DNA of 57,911 bases from Alphaproteobacteria bacterium (GTDB lineage Bacteria; Pseudomonadota; Alphaproteobacteria; UBA9219). Location of the stretch: positions 1-57,911 of the forward strand of contig JAQUWX010000004.1 in the NCBI GenBank assembly GCA_028692635.1. Reading direction: 5' to 3'. Below the pieces are notes generated by a model, which was not told the origin of the DNA, made no database searches, and saw nothing but the letters and a program-made list of their open reading frames with translations. The position numbers and the translations under genes were made by a program. Numbering within the stretch: the first letter of the stretch is position 1; the number at the start of each line of letters is the position of its first letter. Positions 1-10,865 of this stretch are shown piece after piece.

Positions 1-2914
1 GTTCTCAGGCCGGGATTAAAAAAGACGGTTTCAATCCACGCTCCCGTGAGGGAGCGACAGAGGAACAGGCTTCGTCGTTCAGTAGCGAGCTGTTTCAATC
101 CACGCTCCCGTGAGGGAGCGACCCCCACCTTTAGTCATATTATTATCTCCTGTATGTTTCAATCCACGCTCCCGTGAGGGAGCGACGCCTTTTGTTTGTC
201 TTCGAGCCTTTTCTTAGGCAGGTTTCAATCCACGCTCCCGTGAGGGAGCGACAATATGGATTTTATCAGCCGCCCAGCTAAATAAAGTTTCAATCCACGC
301 TCCCGTGAGGGAGCGACACTTAACGAGGTTCTCAATGTTCCCATTGATGGTGTTTCAATCCACGCTCCCGTGAGGGAGCGACGGCTAACTTTACTCCTCC
401 CTTTACCCGATGGGCAGTTTCAATCCACGCTCCCGTGAGGGAGCGACACAGTAGCTCCTGCCGCAATAGCCGTAGTCGTCTGTTTCAATCCACGCTCCCG
501 TGAGGGAGCGACACCCTACAGATAGGATTTTTTGGTAAATTAACTGTTTCAATCCACGCTCCCGTGAGGGAGCGACTAAAACATTTGGCCCCTTGCGGTG
601 GCAAACCTTGTTTCAATCCACGCTCCCGTGAGGGAGCGACTACGTCTAAGCAAGATGCTTTGCTGGCTAAACAAGTTTCAATCCACGCTCCCGTGAGGGA
701 GCGACGTGGTTTCTCCTGTTGCTCAAACACAAGCAATGGTTTCAATCCACGCTCCCGTGAGGGAGCGACAGGGAGGAGTAAAGTTAGCCTGCATTGTGTT
801 TATAGTTTCAATCCACGCTCCCGTGAGGGAGCGACTTAACCACGGAGGTAACAATGTTTGATCCAAATGTTTCAATCCACGCTCCCGTGAGGGAGCGACA
901 ATTGTTTATCTTGAGTCAATAAGTATAAGTGCTGGTTTCAATCCACGCTCCCGTGAGGGAGCGACGGTCGTCAGCGCGTCTATAAATCTTGTAAGATAGT
1001 TTCAATCCACGCTCCCGTGAGGGAGCGACAGGCACTGGTTGCATGTGGCTATTTGAAGGTGATGGTTTCAATCCACGCTCCCGTGAGGGAGCGACATAAT
1101 TTGATTGTTTGAAAAAATAATGTAAGATGTTTCAATCCACGCTCCCGTGAGGGAGCGACCGAGATACAAACTTGGTATGTTTTGTTTGAGGGAAGTTTCA
1201 ATCCACGCTCCCGTGAGGGAGCGACTGGCAACCATTGGCATCTTGTGAGGCTTACGATGTTTCAATCCACGCTCCCGTGAGGGAGCGACAGAGCGGTAAA
1301 TTCTTGGGGTAAAAGCCTATACGTTTCAATCCACGCTCCCGTGAGGGAGCGACCAGCAGCAAGCGGAACATCAAAACCGAGGGCGAGTTTCAATCCACGC
1401 TCCCGTGAGGGAGCGACGGATCTTCTAATGTTATTATCGGATATAATGTAGGGTTTCAATCCACGCTCCCGTGAGGGAGCGACAGGTGTTCGCATAGATG
1501 TGCTGCAAAACATAAACGTTTCAATCCACGCTCCCGTGAGGGAGCGACCCCTCGGTCTGTCCGATTCCGCCACGCCCCAATCAGTTTCAATCCACGCTCC
1601 CGTGAGGGAGCGACGGGTCTTGCATTAACAACAATCGGCTATTTTATCGTTTCAATCCACGCTCCCGTGAGGGAGCGACTTTCAACGGTTGGCGATTATA
1701 GACCAGATGGCAAGTTTCAATCCACGCTCCCGTGAGGGAGCGACCAATATATGAGTCTCTCAAATCTATATATCTATGTTTCAATCCACGCTCCCGTGAG
1801 GGAGCGACCTTAAGTTTTGATCCCAAAAGCTTCAAAGCAAAAGTTTCAATCCACGCTCCCGTGAGGGAGCGACTGCCCGTGAGAATCGGGACTTGCGCCC
1901 CGCTTGTGTTTCAATCCACGCTCCCGTGAGGGAGCGACTTGCCGATGCCAATAGTTCTGATGAGTCTCGTACTGTTTCAATCCACGCTCCCGTGAGGGAG
2001 CGACGATCCATCGTCGAGCGCAGGATAAAAATGGCCAAGTTTCAATCCACGCTCCCGTGAGGGAGCGACCAACAGGATTGCGTTACTGCGACACAATGAC
2101 GAGAGTTTCAATCCACGCTCCCGTGAGGGAGCGACTTAGCCCTGCCGCCAATGGTTATCGCGCTCTCCGGTTTCAATCCACGCTCCCGTGAGGGAGCGAC
2201 TAACCATGATTGACACAATGAACCCTTTAATTGTGTTTCAATCCACGCTCCCGTGAGGGAGCGACGCCACGCCATGCCCTACCCGTAACCCATACATAGT
2301 TTCAATCCACGCTCCCGTGAGGGAGCGACTGCTTGTATACCTCAGCCTTCTGAGCCTCGCATTGTTTCAATCCACGCTCCCGTGAGGGAGCGACGCTTAA
2401 TCACGTTAGGATACTTAGCTGGATGGTATGTTTCAATCCACGCTCCCGTGAGGGAGCGACAATCATGAGTACCGCCCAAGCCATAGCCCAAGAGTTTCAA
2501 TCCACGCTCCCGTGAGGGAGCGACGCATAGCAATCAATCACGCAATCATAGAGATACTGGTTTCAATCCACGCTCCCGTGAGGGAGCGACAGGGGTACGA
2601 ATGGGATTTTCCACCCGCATTAGAGTTTCAATCCACGCTCCCGTGAGGGAGCGACACGAGTATATCGTTCTTAGTCCGTAAACAAGATGGTTTCAATCCA
2701 CGCTCCCGTGAGGGAGCGACTCGGATGCCGTACTCAGGAGTGCTGAACACAATGTTTCAATCCACGCTCCCGTGAGGGAGCGACTAGAAAACATGTTCAA
2801 GAAGGAAGTCCAATGACCGTTTCAATCCACGCTCCCGTGAGGGAGCGACTTCTTGTATGTATCGGCGAGTTCCCTGACAAACGGTTTCAATCCACGCTCC
2901 CGTGAGGGAGCGAC
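1..2914 (-). CRISPR. CRISPR array: 45 apparently identical 31-nt repeats, 44 complete spacers of 33-35 nt and a partial spacer at 1-27. The array runs off the left edge.
   Basis: The repeat gtttcaatccacgctcccgtgagggagcgac was read directly at 28, 92, 156, 222, 287 ... 2754, 2819, 2884 (period 64-66 nt). In - sense it reads GTCGCTCCCTCACGGGAGCGTGGATTGAAAC, with a GCTCCC/GGGAGC stem and an ATTGAAAC tail, which is the type I-C repeat style. The A/T-rich leader and cas2 flank the 2915 side, so transcription is on the - strand. Confidence 0.98.
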
Positions 2915-3139
2915 GCTTGTTTAATAACATATTGAGTAATTTGGGAAAAGTTTAATTGAAGTGCGGAAGGGAAGGGAAGTGAGGTTAAAATAAGTTATGT
3001 TTTTTCGAGGGTAATAAAAATTGTTGTTTTGGTATATGATGTTAGGGGAAGTGCGAACATGCGGGCTATTTAATGCATGCTTTAGGTTCGCGCTATGCCA
3101 TTATGGGAAAGTTGTCTATCACATCTCACATTCGCTTTT
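2915..3139 (-). promoter_or_regulatory. CRISPR leader: A/T-rich non-coding stretch between cas2 and the first repeat. Newest spacers are expected at the 2884 end.
   Basis: No credible ORF, A/T-rich, and positioned between the cas2 stop (3140) and the last repeat (2884-2914). I could not define the promoter itself. Confidence 0.6.
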
Positions 3140-3430
3140 TCAAATAATCAGGGTTCCGTTTAAATCGGTTGAGGGTTTTGCTCCAACGTGTTTTACGCGG
3201 CGTTGCCAGTTGGCTCCGAGGTAGTAATATCTCAGGCTATCTTTCTCTGTGCTAATGATTTTTTCAAGCTTGTTTTTAAGTGATGTCCATTGGGCCGGAT
3301 CCACTTCAACTTCGAAGACAGAGTTTTGCACTCGTTGTCCATAGTCTCGACAGGCTTTTGCTATGTGGCGCAATCGTTTTGTTCCACCAGGATCTATTGT
3401 GTTTACGTCATAGGTTACAAGAACCATCAT
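3140..3430 (-). CDS. cas2: CRISPR-associated endoribonuclease Cas2
   Basis: The ORF begins [11 protein letters not shown], the typical Cas2 beta1 start. It is ~96 aa and sits directly downstream of cas1. The track start at 3460 overlaps cas1, so I prefer the ATG at 3430. Confidence 0.9.
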   Translation of the reverse strand: MMVLVTYDVNTIDPGGTKRLRHIAKACRDYGQRVQNSVFEVEVDPAQWTSLKNKLEKIISTEKDSLRYYYLGANWQRRVKHVGAKPSTDLNGTLII

Positions 3431-3444
3431 GCTTTCTTTTCCCC

Positions 3445-4479
3445 TTATTTCCAGAACCATGGAGGATATGCATCTAGGTCGCCTCTTAAATGTCTGGCTA
3501 GAAGTTGGGCTTGGATATAAGGGATCAATCCCAAGGCAGCATTTTCTTCCAAAAACGGATGTTTGCGTTCTTCTTTTTTACGCTCTTGCCATGCTGTCAA
3601 GACGGTTTTTCTAGCATCATCGGTTAGCAAGCAGGCTCCGCCATCGCGAGTTTCAAAATCTTTTGCACGGAGTTGTCTTCGGTTGATAAGTGAGAGAACC
3701 AGCCTATCTGCAAGTATGGGGCGGAGTTCCTCCATGAGATCAAGAGCCAAACTGGGGCGACCGGGACGGTCTTGATGTAGGAAGCCGACTGCTGGATCAA
3801 GCCCGACGCTTTCAGCTGCGCTTCGGCAGTCATGGGTTAGTAGCGTATATAAAAATGACAGCAGTGCGTTTATTGGATCAAGAGGAGGGCGTCGTGAGCG
3901 GCCATCAAATGTAAATTCGGCATCCGGCGATCGTATGAGGTGGTTAAAAACGCCAAAATATAGTCTAGCAGCATCGCCTTCCATTCCGCGCATAGTTGCG
4001 AGGTCGAGGAAATTTTTGTTAATGTAATTTAAGCTGTGCGCTAATTGCTGAATTGTATGTGCCAGTGAAGATTTTGTTCCTGGATCATATATTTCTTCGT
4101 AGTCTCGCATGGCTCGCATGAGGACTGCGCGTTGATTGGAAATTTTTCCGATAATAAAACTTTTTACAATGTCTTCTGGAGTATCGGATGCTTTGTATTG
4201 AGCTCGGCGCAGAAGAACATTGCCGCTTATCGGGCCGTCGATGCGGGCCTGAAATTTTCCATGGCGGTTGAGAAGGACGACAGTAATTCCGTGGGAGGCG
4301 CAGGCTTCTATAAGTGCCGGAGAGATATAAATTCCTCCAAATATAATGACGGACGCAAGCATATGAAGAGGGGCGCGACCAACTGTTACCCCTTCGTTTT
4401 CCGCGAGTAAATTTTCTCCGTCTTTGCGAAGGCTGCATCCTTCTGTTTGAACATAGACAGTGTTTAGCAATTTTTTCAT
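3445..4479 (-). CDS. cas1: CRISPR-associated integrase Cas1 (type I-C)
   Basis: 344 aa with a Cas1-like sequence. The start overlaps the cas4 stop, and the gene lies between cas4 and cas2. Confidence 0.96.
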   Translation of the reverse strand: MKKLLNTVYVQTEGCSLRKDGENLLAENEGVTVGRAPLHMLASVIIFGGIYISPALIEACASHGITVVLLNRHGKFQARIDGPISGNVLLRRAQYKASDTPEDIVKSFIIGKISNQRAVLMRAMRDYEEIYDPGTKSSLAHTIQQLAHSLNYINKNFLDLATMRGMEGDAARLYFGVFNHLIRSPDAEFTFDGRSRRPPLDPINALLSFLYTLLTHDCRSAAESVGLDPAVGFLHQDRPGRPSLALDLMEELRPILADRLVLSLINRRQLRAKDFETRDGGACLLTDDARKTVLTAWQERKKEERKHPFLEENAALGLIPYIQAQLLARHLRGDLDAYPPWFWK

Positions 4480-5153
4480 CAGAGAAATTCCTTCTCTTCC
4501 AAAGTGAGTTTTGTCATGTGTTCTCGCCAGGCTTTAACGGGTTTTGATATATCTTTGGGGCGACAGAGGTCATAAAGAGAACATGCGCGACAACGATCTG
4601 TGCGCGTGGTCGGCGGTGGAGTTTGCATGCTTGCAAAAACAGTCTTTAATTGGGAAATAATATTAAGAGTGAGTTCGCGTAATTCTTTATCAAAAGGAAC
4701 TGCAACGCGACGCTTTGTTTCCGCATAGAACAAGGCTCCTTCTGGGACGGATTGTCCTGTCATATCTTCGAGGCAAAAAGCTTGCGCGCATAGTTGAACT
4801 TCGTCAGCTCGGTGTAATTTTGATTTTCCGCGCTTATATTCTATGGGGTAGGGGGTTTCATAACCGTCTTTTTGATGAAATTCCACAAGATCGGCCATGC
4901 CTGCTATGCCGAGTTTAGTGGACGCCAAAGGCAAACCGGTTGCCCGGCGCACGCCCTTTGTTTTGCGCATGCCGGGTTTATCTACGACGGAGTGAAGCGC
5001 GTGGCCCTCTGCGGTAAAGCGATTTTCTGCCCATAGCCGTTCCATGTGGATGAGTGCTGCTTGCCGTAAGCAATATACAGCGTGTTGTAGAGCCGAAATA
5101 GGTATTGGCTCCGGCGACAGTTCATCCACTGGTTTGGGTTTTGCGTCTGGCAT
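4479..5153 (-). CDS. cas4: CRISPR-associated exonuclease Cas4 (RecB-like, Fe-S)
   Basis: 224 aa with an N-terminal Cys (AVYCLRQ) and a C-terminal CRACSLYDLC cluster, the four-Cys Cas4 pattern. Position is between cas7 and cas1. Confidence 0.94.
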   Translation of the reverse strand: MPDAKPKPVDELSPEPIPISALQHAVYCLRQAALIHMERLWAENRFTAEGHALHSVVDKPGMRKTKGVRRATGLPLASTKLGIAGMADLVEFHQKDGYETPYPIEYKRGKSKLHRADEVQLCAQAFCLEDMTGQSVPEGALFYAETKRRVAVPFDKELRELTLNIISQLKTVFASMQTPPPTTRTDRCRACSLYDLCRPKDISKPVKAWREHMTKLTLEEKEFL

Positions 5154-5159
5154 GCTCGG

Positions 5160-6113
5160 TTATAAACGTTCGATAATGGTGACTCCTTTGGGCAGCCTGG
5201 TCGCGTCGATCTCGATTTTATAATCACCGAAGCTTCTGGCGGGAGGTTGGTTGTCGAGAGCTTTATCTCCTATGGCGCGGAATTCTCCATCGATATTGCG
5301 TCCGATCTTGATGCGCTCGAACAACGTATGCGCTGGGGCATTGCCTAGGGCGTCTTCGTGTTTAAAGATAATCAGCTTGCGCACAACCATCTCCCCGCGT
5401 GCGGCAGAGCGATCATGTTCGAACATATTTTCTATAGATTCAAGTAGGGCATTAAGATCATTTTCAGAGAAACCGGTGCGTTCAGAAAGTTTGGCCGAGA
5501 TGAATCCATGAGCTCGATATAAGCCATAAGGTACAATGTGCTTGCGGCCCATGGTTCGGTTGTCCGTGCGTCCGTTTTCATCGTCGCCTTTTTGGCCGTC
5601 GGTCTTGTCTTTTTCGCTGGTCGCTGCCATGCGGGTAATGGTTATTTCTTGAGGCACTATAGGTTCAATGGATTGAGCAAAAGATACTTGAACGGGACCG
5701 CGCACCTGTCCGCAGTTGATCCCTGTGCCCATGACTGCGCCAAATGTGCGTATATCAAAGAAGTTTTTACACATGAATTCGCGCAGATTTTTGGCTTCCT
5801 CATCGTCTTGTGGCTGAAGATTTTTATCCTTAGCGACCTTTTTGTCGTCAGGACGTAGAGCCTTATAGGCTTCTCGATGTTTTTCGTTGAGGATGGAGCC
5901 TTCCTGAACATATATGTTGAATCCAGGATTCCCGTTTTTAGATAATTCGATGTAGTTGCGGACTTTGCGTTTCAGGCAGACATCTGAAACTAGGCCGTGG
6001 CCCGTTTCAGGATCCAACCGAGGCATGTTACCAGCATCTGGGTCGCCGTTGGGGTTGCCATTGGTAACGTCAAATAGTACGGCAAAGTCATAGCGATTAC
6101 TAAGAGTGCTCAT
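5160..6113 (-). CDS. cas7: Cas7 (Csd2), type I-C Cascade backbone subunit
   Basis: 317 aa. The N-terminus YDFAVLFDVTNGNPNGDPDAGNMPR is the characteristic Csd2/Cas7c opening. Confidence 0.95.
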   Translation of the reverse strand: MSTLSNRYDFAVLFDVTNGNPNGDPDAGNMPRLDPETGHGLVSDVCLKRKVRNYIELSKNGNPGFNIYVQEGSILNEKHREAYKALRPDDKKVAKDKNLQPQDDEEAKNLREFMCKNFFDIRTFGAVMGTGINCGQVRGPVQVSFAQSIEPIVPQEITITRMAATSEKDKTDGQKGDDENGRTDNRTMGRKHIVPYGLYRAHGFISAKLSERTGFSENDLNALLESIENMFEHDRSAARGEMVVRKLIIFKHEDALGNAPAHTLFERIKIGRNIDGEFRAIGDKALDNQPPARSFGDYKIEIDATRLPKGVTIIERL

Positions 6114-6125
6114 TTTTAAAACTCC

Positions 6126-7886
6126 TTATTGGGGTGTGACGTCGGTTGATTTGGTCTTAAAAAATTCGCTGCGTTGGTGGTAATAGCCAAGAGCGAACAA
6201 TGCCTGCTCTTCGGAGGATAAGGCTGTGGGGAAGGGGTCTTTTGAAGGCGACATCAGGTCAAAAATCTCGCCAACTTGTTTTTCGAGAGTTATTTTATAT
6301 CCAGTTTTATGTTTGCCAATTTTTGATAGATGATTGGCGGAGCCTTTATCTAGCAAAGCAAAAACCTTACGGGGTTGGGATGCCGCTGAGCCGTAAAATT
6401 TATCCTTAATGGTTGCGTTTACTTTATCTCCGAGCGCAGCGTATTGAATGCGTTCGTAAATTGCAAACAAGCGTCCAAGTAAATAACCTTTGTTTTTGTT
6501 TTCCGGATCAAGCGCCACGGGGGCCTCCTTTGATTTTAGATTGCGGATTAGAACGGATTTGAGAATGGAAACGCGGCGAGAATTGACGTTCTTATCTGAG
6601 CGTATGCGCATAAGGACATTTGTGAGAAGCGTTTGGGGATATCGTTTTCCGGTCAAGATTGAGCGAGTCCATTCTCCGGACAGGTTTGGAGGGACATTTT
6701 CTGATTTACCGAGAACGGCTATTTCTCTCAGATATTTCCACAGGCTTAGATTATTGTCCATATCTGGCGGCTCTATATGCATATTATCCAGAAATTTTTG
6801 GTAATTTTTTATCAAGACGCCAAAGGTATCTTCAAACCAGAAGCGGATAGAGATGCGGGCGGCGTTGGGCGCTAGACCAAGAATGTAGAAGCGCACGTCT
6901 TTGCTGAGGTCTGGGTTCGTTTCTATTAGGGGCTCGCCTTTGCGAATGGAGTCCAATATGGGAAGTATTTTATTTTTGGCTTCTGCGGTTTCGTTGACGT
7001 CTAATAAATACGGAAAGATGTCTTCGGTTATAGCCGCTGCTTCAGCGTTTGCTGCGTCGGCCCAGAATACGGTTGATGCGTCTCCAAGCTGGATGCGGTT
7101 GACGCTCCCCTTCTCCAAGAATTTATTTAGCGCAGTTGTGTAAGCGAAAGTTGCTGCTTCGGAAACAGGAGCATTTTCACCTTGTTCGTGGTTATAAGAT
7201 GTAAAAGCGTCTAGATTGAACGATACGATTGATGCCCCTGATGATTGTCCTCCTCTGACTCCCTTAATGCTTGGGTGGAGGCGAGCTATCGGGGCCTTCT
7301 TTCCGGTCACAAGACATATGGCCTGTGTTTTTTCTCCCTCAGAAGCTAAGTCTGCCCAAATCTGTCTGGCTGCGGAGTGGTTGTGGAGATAGTCATCTTC
7401 CAGGCGCTCGCTTTCCAGAGCGAAGATCACGTTTTGATCTTTAATGTTTGTTTTTATCTCTTCAGGCCAGTTCAATTTTTCAAATTCATCAGGCTTCCAT
7501 TTTTGCAGAAAGAGGAGAAAAGCCTTTAATCCTTTATCTTGAGTGTCTTTCAGCGCGGTATTGTGAAAATCTATAAAGGCTTTGTGTTCTTCTTGGGTTC
7601 TGTTGCCGCTTCCTGCCGTTATTCCTAGTACATATGATGTTTTATCCCATAGGAAATTTGGTTTAATGCCAGATGAGCGTTTTGCGGGCTGCGGCAGTGG
7701 CAGGAGTTTAGGTGTTGGTTTTTTGCCTGATGTATCGCGGATATCTCTCGGGGGACCTGCTATGGATCCATCAGAGTTTAAGGATATGACAAAACTCACT
7801 TTCTCGGTGGAAAATCCAAACGCTGGAACCTTATCGCGTTTTGCCAATCTGTAATAAGCATTATTTAAAGAAGCCAGAATGGTCAT
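6126..7886 (-). CDS. cas8c: Cas8c (Csd1), type I-C large subunit
   Basis: MTILASLNNAYYRLAKR is a Csd1-like N-terminus. The ATG at 7886 overlaps the cas5 stop as ATGA. The upstream extension in the track (to 7991) lies inside cas5. Confidence 0.93.
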   Translation of the reverse strand: MTILASLNNAYYRLAKRDKVPAFGFSTEKVSFVISLNSDGSIAGPPRDIRDTSGKKPTPKLLPLPQPAKRSSGIKPNFLWDKTSYVLGITAGSGNRTQEEHKAFIDFHNTALKDTQDKGLKAFLLFLQKWKPDEFEKLNWPEEIKTNIKDQNVIFALESERLEDDYLHNHSAARQIWADLASEGEKTQAICLVTGKKAPIARLHPSIKGVRGGQSSGASIVSFNLDAFTSYNHEQGENAPVSEAATFAYTTALNKFLEKGSVNRIQLGDASTVFWADAANAEAAAITEDIFPYLLDVNETAEAKNKILPILDSIRKGEPLIETNPDLSKDVRFYILGLAPNAARISIRFWFEDTFGVLIKNYQKFLDNMHIEPPDMDNNLSLWKYLREIAVLGKSENVPPNLSGEWTRSILTGKRYPQTLLTNVLMRIRSDKNVNSRRVSILKSVLIRNLKSKEAPVALDPENKNKGYLLGRLFAIYERIQYAALGDKVNATIKDKFYGSAASQPRKVFALLDKGSANHLSKIGKHKTGYKITLEKQVGEIFDLMSPSKDPFPTALSSEEQALFALGYYHQRSEFFKTKSTDVTPQ

Positions 7887-8548
7887 TGATGTATCTCCGG
7901 CGAGTTGGGGGCGGGGACTTTCATAATCCCGTTTTCTAGTCTGGCTCGAAAGAACATAGCAGAGCGATCTGTGGCATGGTTGATGTCCCATAGCATGAAG
8001 CCGAGATCGCGGGTTTCTGCAATGGTGGGTGAAATAGGATCATCCGGTTCTATCAATTTGAATTTTGCGGGAAATTCTCGCGTGCCGAGGCAGGGTTGGT
8101 GAAAGCACTGCCCCTGTTTGGCGCGGCGATTGAAAATATCCAAATGCTTGCCGGGATTGTCGTCGGGGCCTTTCTTCGACGTGAACTCGAAATGCGCTTT
8201 TATAATATAAGCGACATCAACAAGAATAGTAGAAGCGCGCTGTTGGCGATCGTCTTCGATTATTTGATTAAGCCCTTCAACTGTTTCGCGCTTCATAGCC
8301 GTTTTGATTTTATTGGTCGGTATTTTATGCCCAACTTCGTTGCGGCGGATTGATTGAAAACGAATAGGATTCAGGACGTGTATTTCGTCGATAACCCACT
8401 TGATGGCAGGTTTCCAGTGAATGGCTTCAAGTATGCCTCGTGCGGCAGAGGGCGTCATAACATCGTATGACAATCTTTCAACCTTCATTTCTGCGCGAGT
8501 GAAGAGTGCGTGATTTCCGCTAACCAACAATTTTATGCCTTGGGACAT
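7883..8548 (-). CDS. cas5: Cas5 (Cas5d), type I-C pre-crRNA endonuclease
   Basis: 221 aa, a Cas5d-like sequence in the position between cas3 and cas8c. Confidence 0.94.
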   Translation of the reverse strand: MSQGIKLLVSGNHALFTRAEMKVERLSYDVMTPSAARGILEAIHWKPAIKWVIDEIHVLNPIRFQSIRRNEVGHKIPTNKIKTAMKRETVEGLNQIIEDDRQQRASTILVDVAYIIKAHFEFTSKKGPDDNPGKHLDIFNRRAKQGQCFHQPCLGTREFPAKFKLIEPDDPISPTIAETRDLGFMLWDINHATDRSAMFFRARLENGIMKVPAPNSPEIHQ

Positions 8549-8645
8549 GGTGGCTCACTCCTTTTAGAGGCTGTCGTAAATTGCCCAGAGTATTCAATAT
8601 GTATTCAGAAGATCTCTATGCTTCTCTATCTCAAAGGCGTCAACC

Positions 8646-10865
8646 CTAAAAAATCGTATTCTCCAAAACTCCAGCATCTTCCCAGATTAAGCCAGTCTCT
8701 GCTTTATAAAGGCTTGGGTCTGTTAATACGGCGAATTGGTCTTCCCACAGGTCTTTTCGATAAAATCCTATGCGGCCATTTTTAATCAGGCATTCAAAAT
8801 CTTTAAGCGGTACCTGCACCATATAAGACTGAAGTTCTTGGACGGCCTTGCCAGGAGAGGCATATTCGGAATTAAGGCGATCCAAAATATCTTGAACGGA
8901 ACTGTTATCATTAATGATAATCGGACAAAGGCTGCTGCTTATCATCTTAAAATCTTTCGCAATGGTTTTATAATCGCAGAGCAAGCGCCCCGCGCTTACG
9001 GAAAAATTTTTCAATATTCCTTTGTTATCCAGCTGTTCTGCTCCCTTGCGCCAAAAGACTTCACTAAAATAAGCCTTTATCGCTTCAGGAGAGAGAAGGT
9101 CGTCAAACCTATCCTCCATTGCGGCAAAATCGGCAGCCAGTTGCTTAATCTCCTTCGGTGGAGAAAAATCTTTGGGTTTGAATACTGTTACAATGCTTTC
9201 TTCCCACGAGCGTTTGTTCTCTCGATTGCATCTTCCTGCCGCCTGCGCAATTTGATCGAGTCCTGCTTCGGCGCGCCACACGCGAGGAAAATCCAAATCC
9301 ACACCAGCTTCGACAAGCGAGGTTGCTATTAATATGCAGGGGGCGGATTCTTTTAGGGTTTCCCTCACCCTTGCTAAAATCGTGCGCCGATGCGCTGCAT
9401 ATTGCCGGGTTGTAAGATGGATAACGCCATCCAGTCCGGCGAGCTTTGCTTTTTGATATAAAGATAAAGCGTGTCTGCGACTGTTGACTATGACAAGCGC
9501 CTGTTTGTGTTTGCTTAAATCATTCACAAGCTGATCGTCGTCAAGTTCATGTCCCTTTGTGATGTTGACGCGCCTAAGCTGCTTGACAAGTCCGGCTGGA
9601 TCAGGAGCAAGTTCCCGGTCCTTTATATCCAACCCTCCATGCTTGAAGTCGCGCTTGTCAAAGGCCGGTTGAGTGGCCGTGCATAGAACAATAGTAGTTC
9701 CATAGTTTTTTGCCAATTCATCCAAAACGGCAAGGCATGGCCTAAGGAGGTGAAAAGGCAATGTTTGCGCCTCGTCAATAATGATGACGCTTTGCGCCAT
9801 GTTATGAAGCTTTCTGCAACGAGAAGGTCGGTTAGAGAAAAGACTTTCAAATAATTGCACGTTAGTGGTTACAATAATCGGAGCGGCCCAGTCCTCCATT
9901 GCCAAACGCAATTTATCCCGACATTCCCAATCGTATTTGTCTTTGTCAATGGATGCGTGATGTTCAAGGATATATTCGCTGCCCAAGACTTTTTTAAAAA
10001 TGTCGGCGTTTTGGTCGATAATGGATGTGAACGGAATGGCGTAAATAATTCGCCTAAGATTGTGCGCTTTGGCGTGATCCAAGGCAAATCCCAAGGAAGC
10101 CAAAGTTTTGCCTCCTCCGGTGGGGACGGTGAGGGTAAACAGCCCGGGAGAGTTTGTGGCGTTGTTTCGGACATGATGAAGTATGTCGTTTCGCAATGTA
10201 TTGATAGGCCCAGGCTTGCCTTTCATTCCAGCCATGTGATTGTTAAAGCTGGAGATCAACTCATGAATATGTTCGCGCAAATTCGGCCAATCGCGATTGA
10301 TTGCGCTCTTTTCGTGTTTTGCGTAAAATCTCTCAGTATCCTTATAGTCGGCATCGACAAGACAGGAAAAAATCATTCTTCCTAGAAAAGCTGATGAAAA
10401 GCCCACGGTTTCCCGTTCCGGGCGAATATGCATAGGCCATAAAGAGCTGGCATTATCTTCAATCTCGTCTTTCCAGGATTGATCCAGAGGCGCGCTCTCG
10501 CTTTTCAGGCGTTTTTGCAAATCTTTATAATCGGCCAAGCCCGCATGATGTCCGGCAATAGCATAGGCGATCAAATCAAACATAAGTTTGTCTATAGGGG
10601 TCGCTGGGCGCTGCAAAATTTCTTTTGCGCCGGCGATCGAGTGATCAACAAGCTCTTTCGATCCTAAAAGCCTAGCTTGAAACTTGAGAGAGTATTTTCC
10701 CAGGTCATGCAAAAGCCCGGCGACCCGCACGGCATTCTCTGCTCCAAATTCACGAGCATATTCCGCAGCCAGTAAAGCTGTCGCCTCAAGATGGTCTTTG
10801 AGTGATTGCCATTGGGACTTGTCGCTTTGATTATCAAGGCTGTGCGCAAAAAACATGGGTGCCAT
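8646..10865 (-). CDS. cas3: Cas3 HD nuclease / DEAH helicase
   Basis: N-terminal HD domain (FFAHS..., HDLGK, HHAGL), a Walker A-like motif PTGGGKT, and a DEAQ box (IIDEAQT). The track start at 10898 is TTG; ATGs at 10865 or 10856 give the usual ...AHS N-terminus. Confidence 0.96.
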   Translation of the reverse strand: MAPMFFAHSLDNQSDKSQWQSLKDHLEATALLAAEYAREFGAENAVRVAGLLHDLGKYSLKFQARLLGSKELVDHSIAGAKEILQRPATPIDKLMFDLIAYAIAGHHAGLADYKDLQKRLKSESAPLDQSWKDEIEDNASSLWPMHIRPERETVGFSSAFLGRMIFSCLVDADYKDTERFYAKHEKSAINRDWPNLREHIHELISSFNNHMAGMKGKPGPINTLRNDILHHVRNNATNSPGLFTLTVPTGGGKTLASLGFALDHAKAHNLRRIIYAIPFTSIIDQNADIFKKVLGSEYILEHHASIDKDKYDWECRDKLRLAMEDWAAPIIVTTNVQLFESLFSNRPSRCRKLHNMAQSVIIIDEAQTLPFHLLRPCLAVLDELAKNYGTTIVLCTATQPAFDKRDFKHGGLDIKDRELAPDPAGLVKQLRRVNITKGHELDDDQLVNDLSKHKQALVIVNSRRHALSLYQKAKLAGLDGVIHLTTRQYAAHRRTILARVRETLKESAPCILIATSLVEAGVDLDFPRVWRAEAGLDQIAQAAGRCNRENKRSWEESIVTVFKPKDFSPPKEIKQLAADFAAMEDRFDDLLSPEAIKAYFSEVFWRKGAEQLDNKGILKNFSVSAGRLLCDYKTIAKDFKMISSSLCPIIINDNSSVQDILDRLNSEYASPGKAVQELQSYMVQVPLKDFECLIKNGRIGFYRKDLWEDQFAVLTDPSLYKAETGLIWEDAGVLENTIF

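Noticed and set aside
1745-1777. Spacer caatatatgagtctc... shares 12 nt (caatatatgagt) with operator-like site 1 at 17892-17903, a possible self-targeting spacer
   Set aside because: Only 12 of 33 nt match. Several such 12-mer coincidences are expected by chance between 44 A/T-rich spacers and 58 kb on two strands.
485-2533. About a dozen 60-103-aa ORFs in the track on both strands (for example 485-745, 1262-1573, 2342-2533)
   Set aside because: They are translations of the CRISPR repeats. The recurring peptides RSLTGAWIET, VAPSRERGLK and FNPRSREGAT arise from the 31-nt repeat in different frames. Not coding.
8736-10385. 198-aa and 176-aa + strand ORFs inside cas3
   Set aside because: Antisense shadows of cas3, and no independent support.
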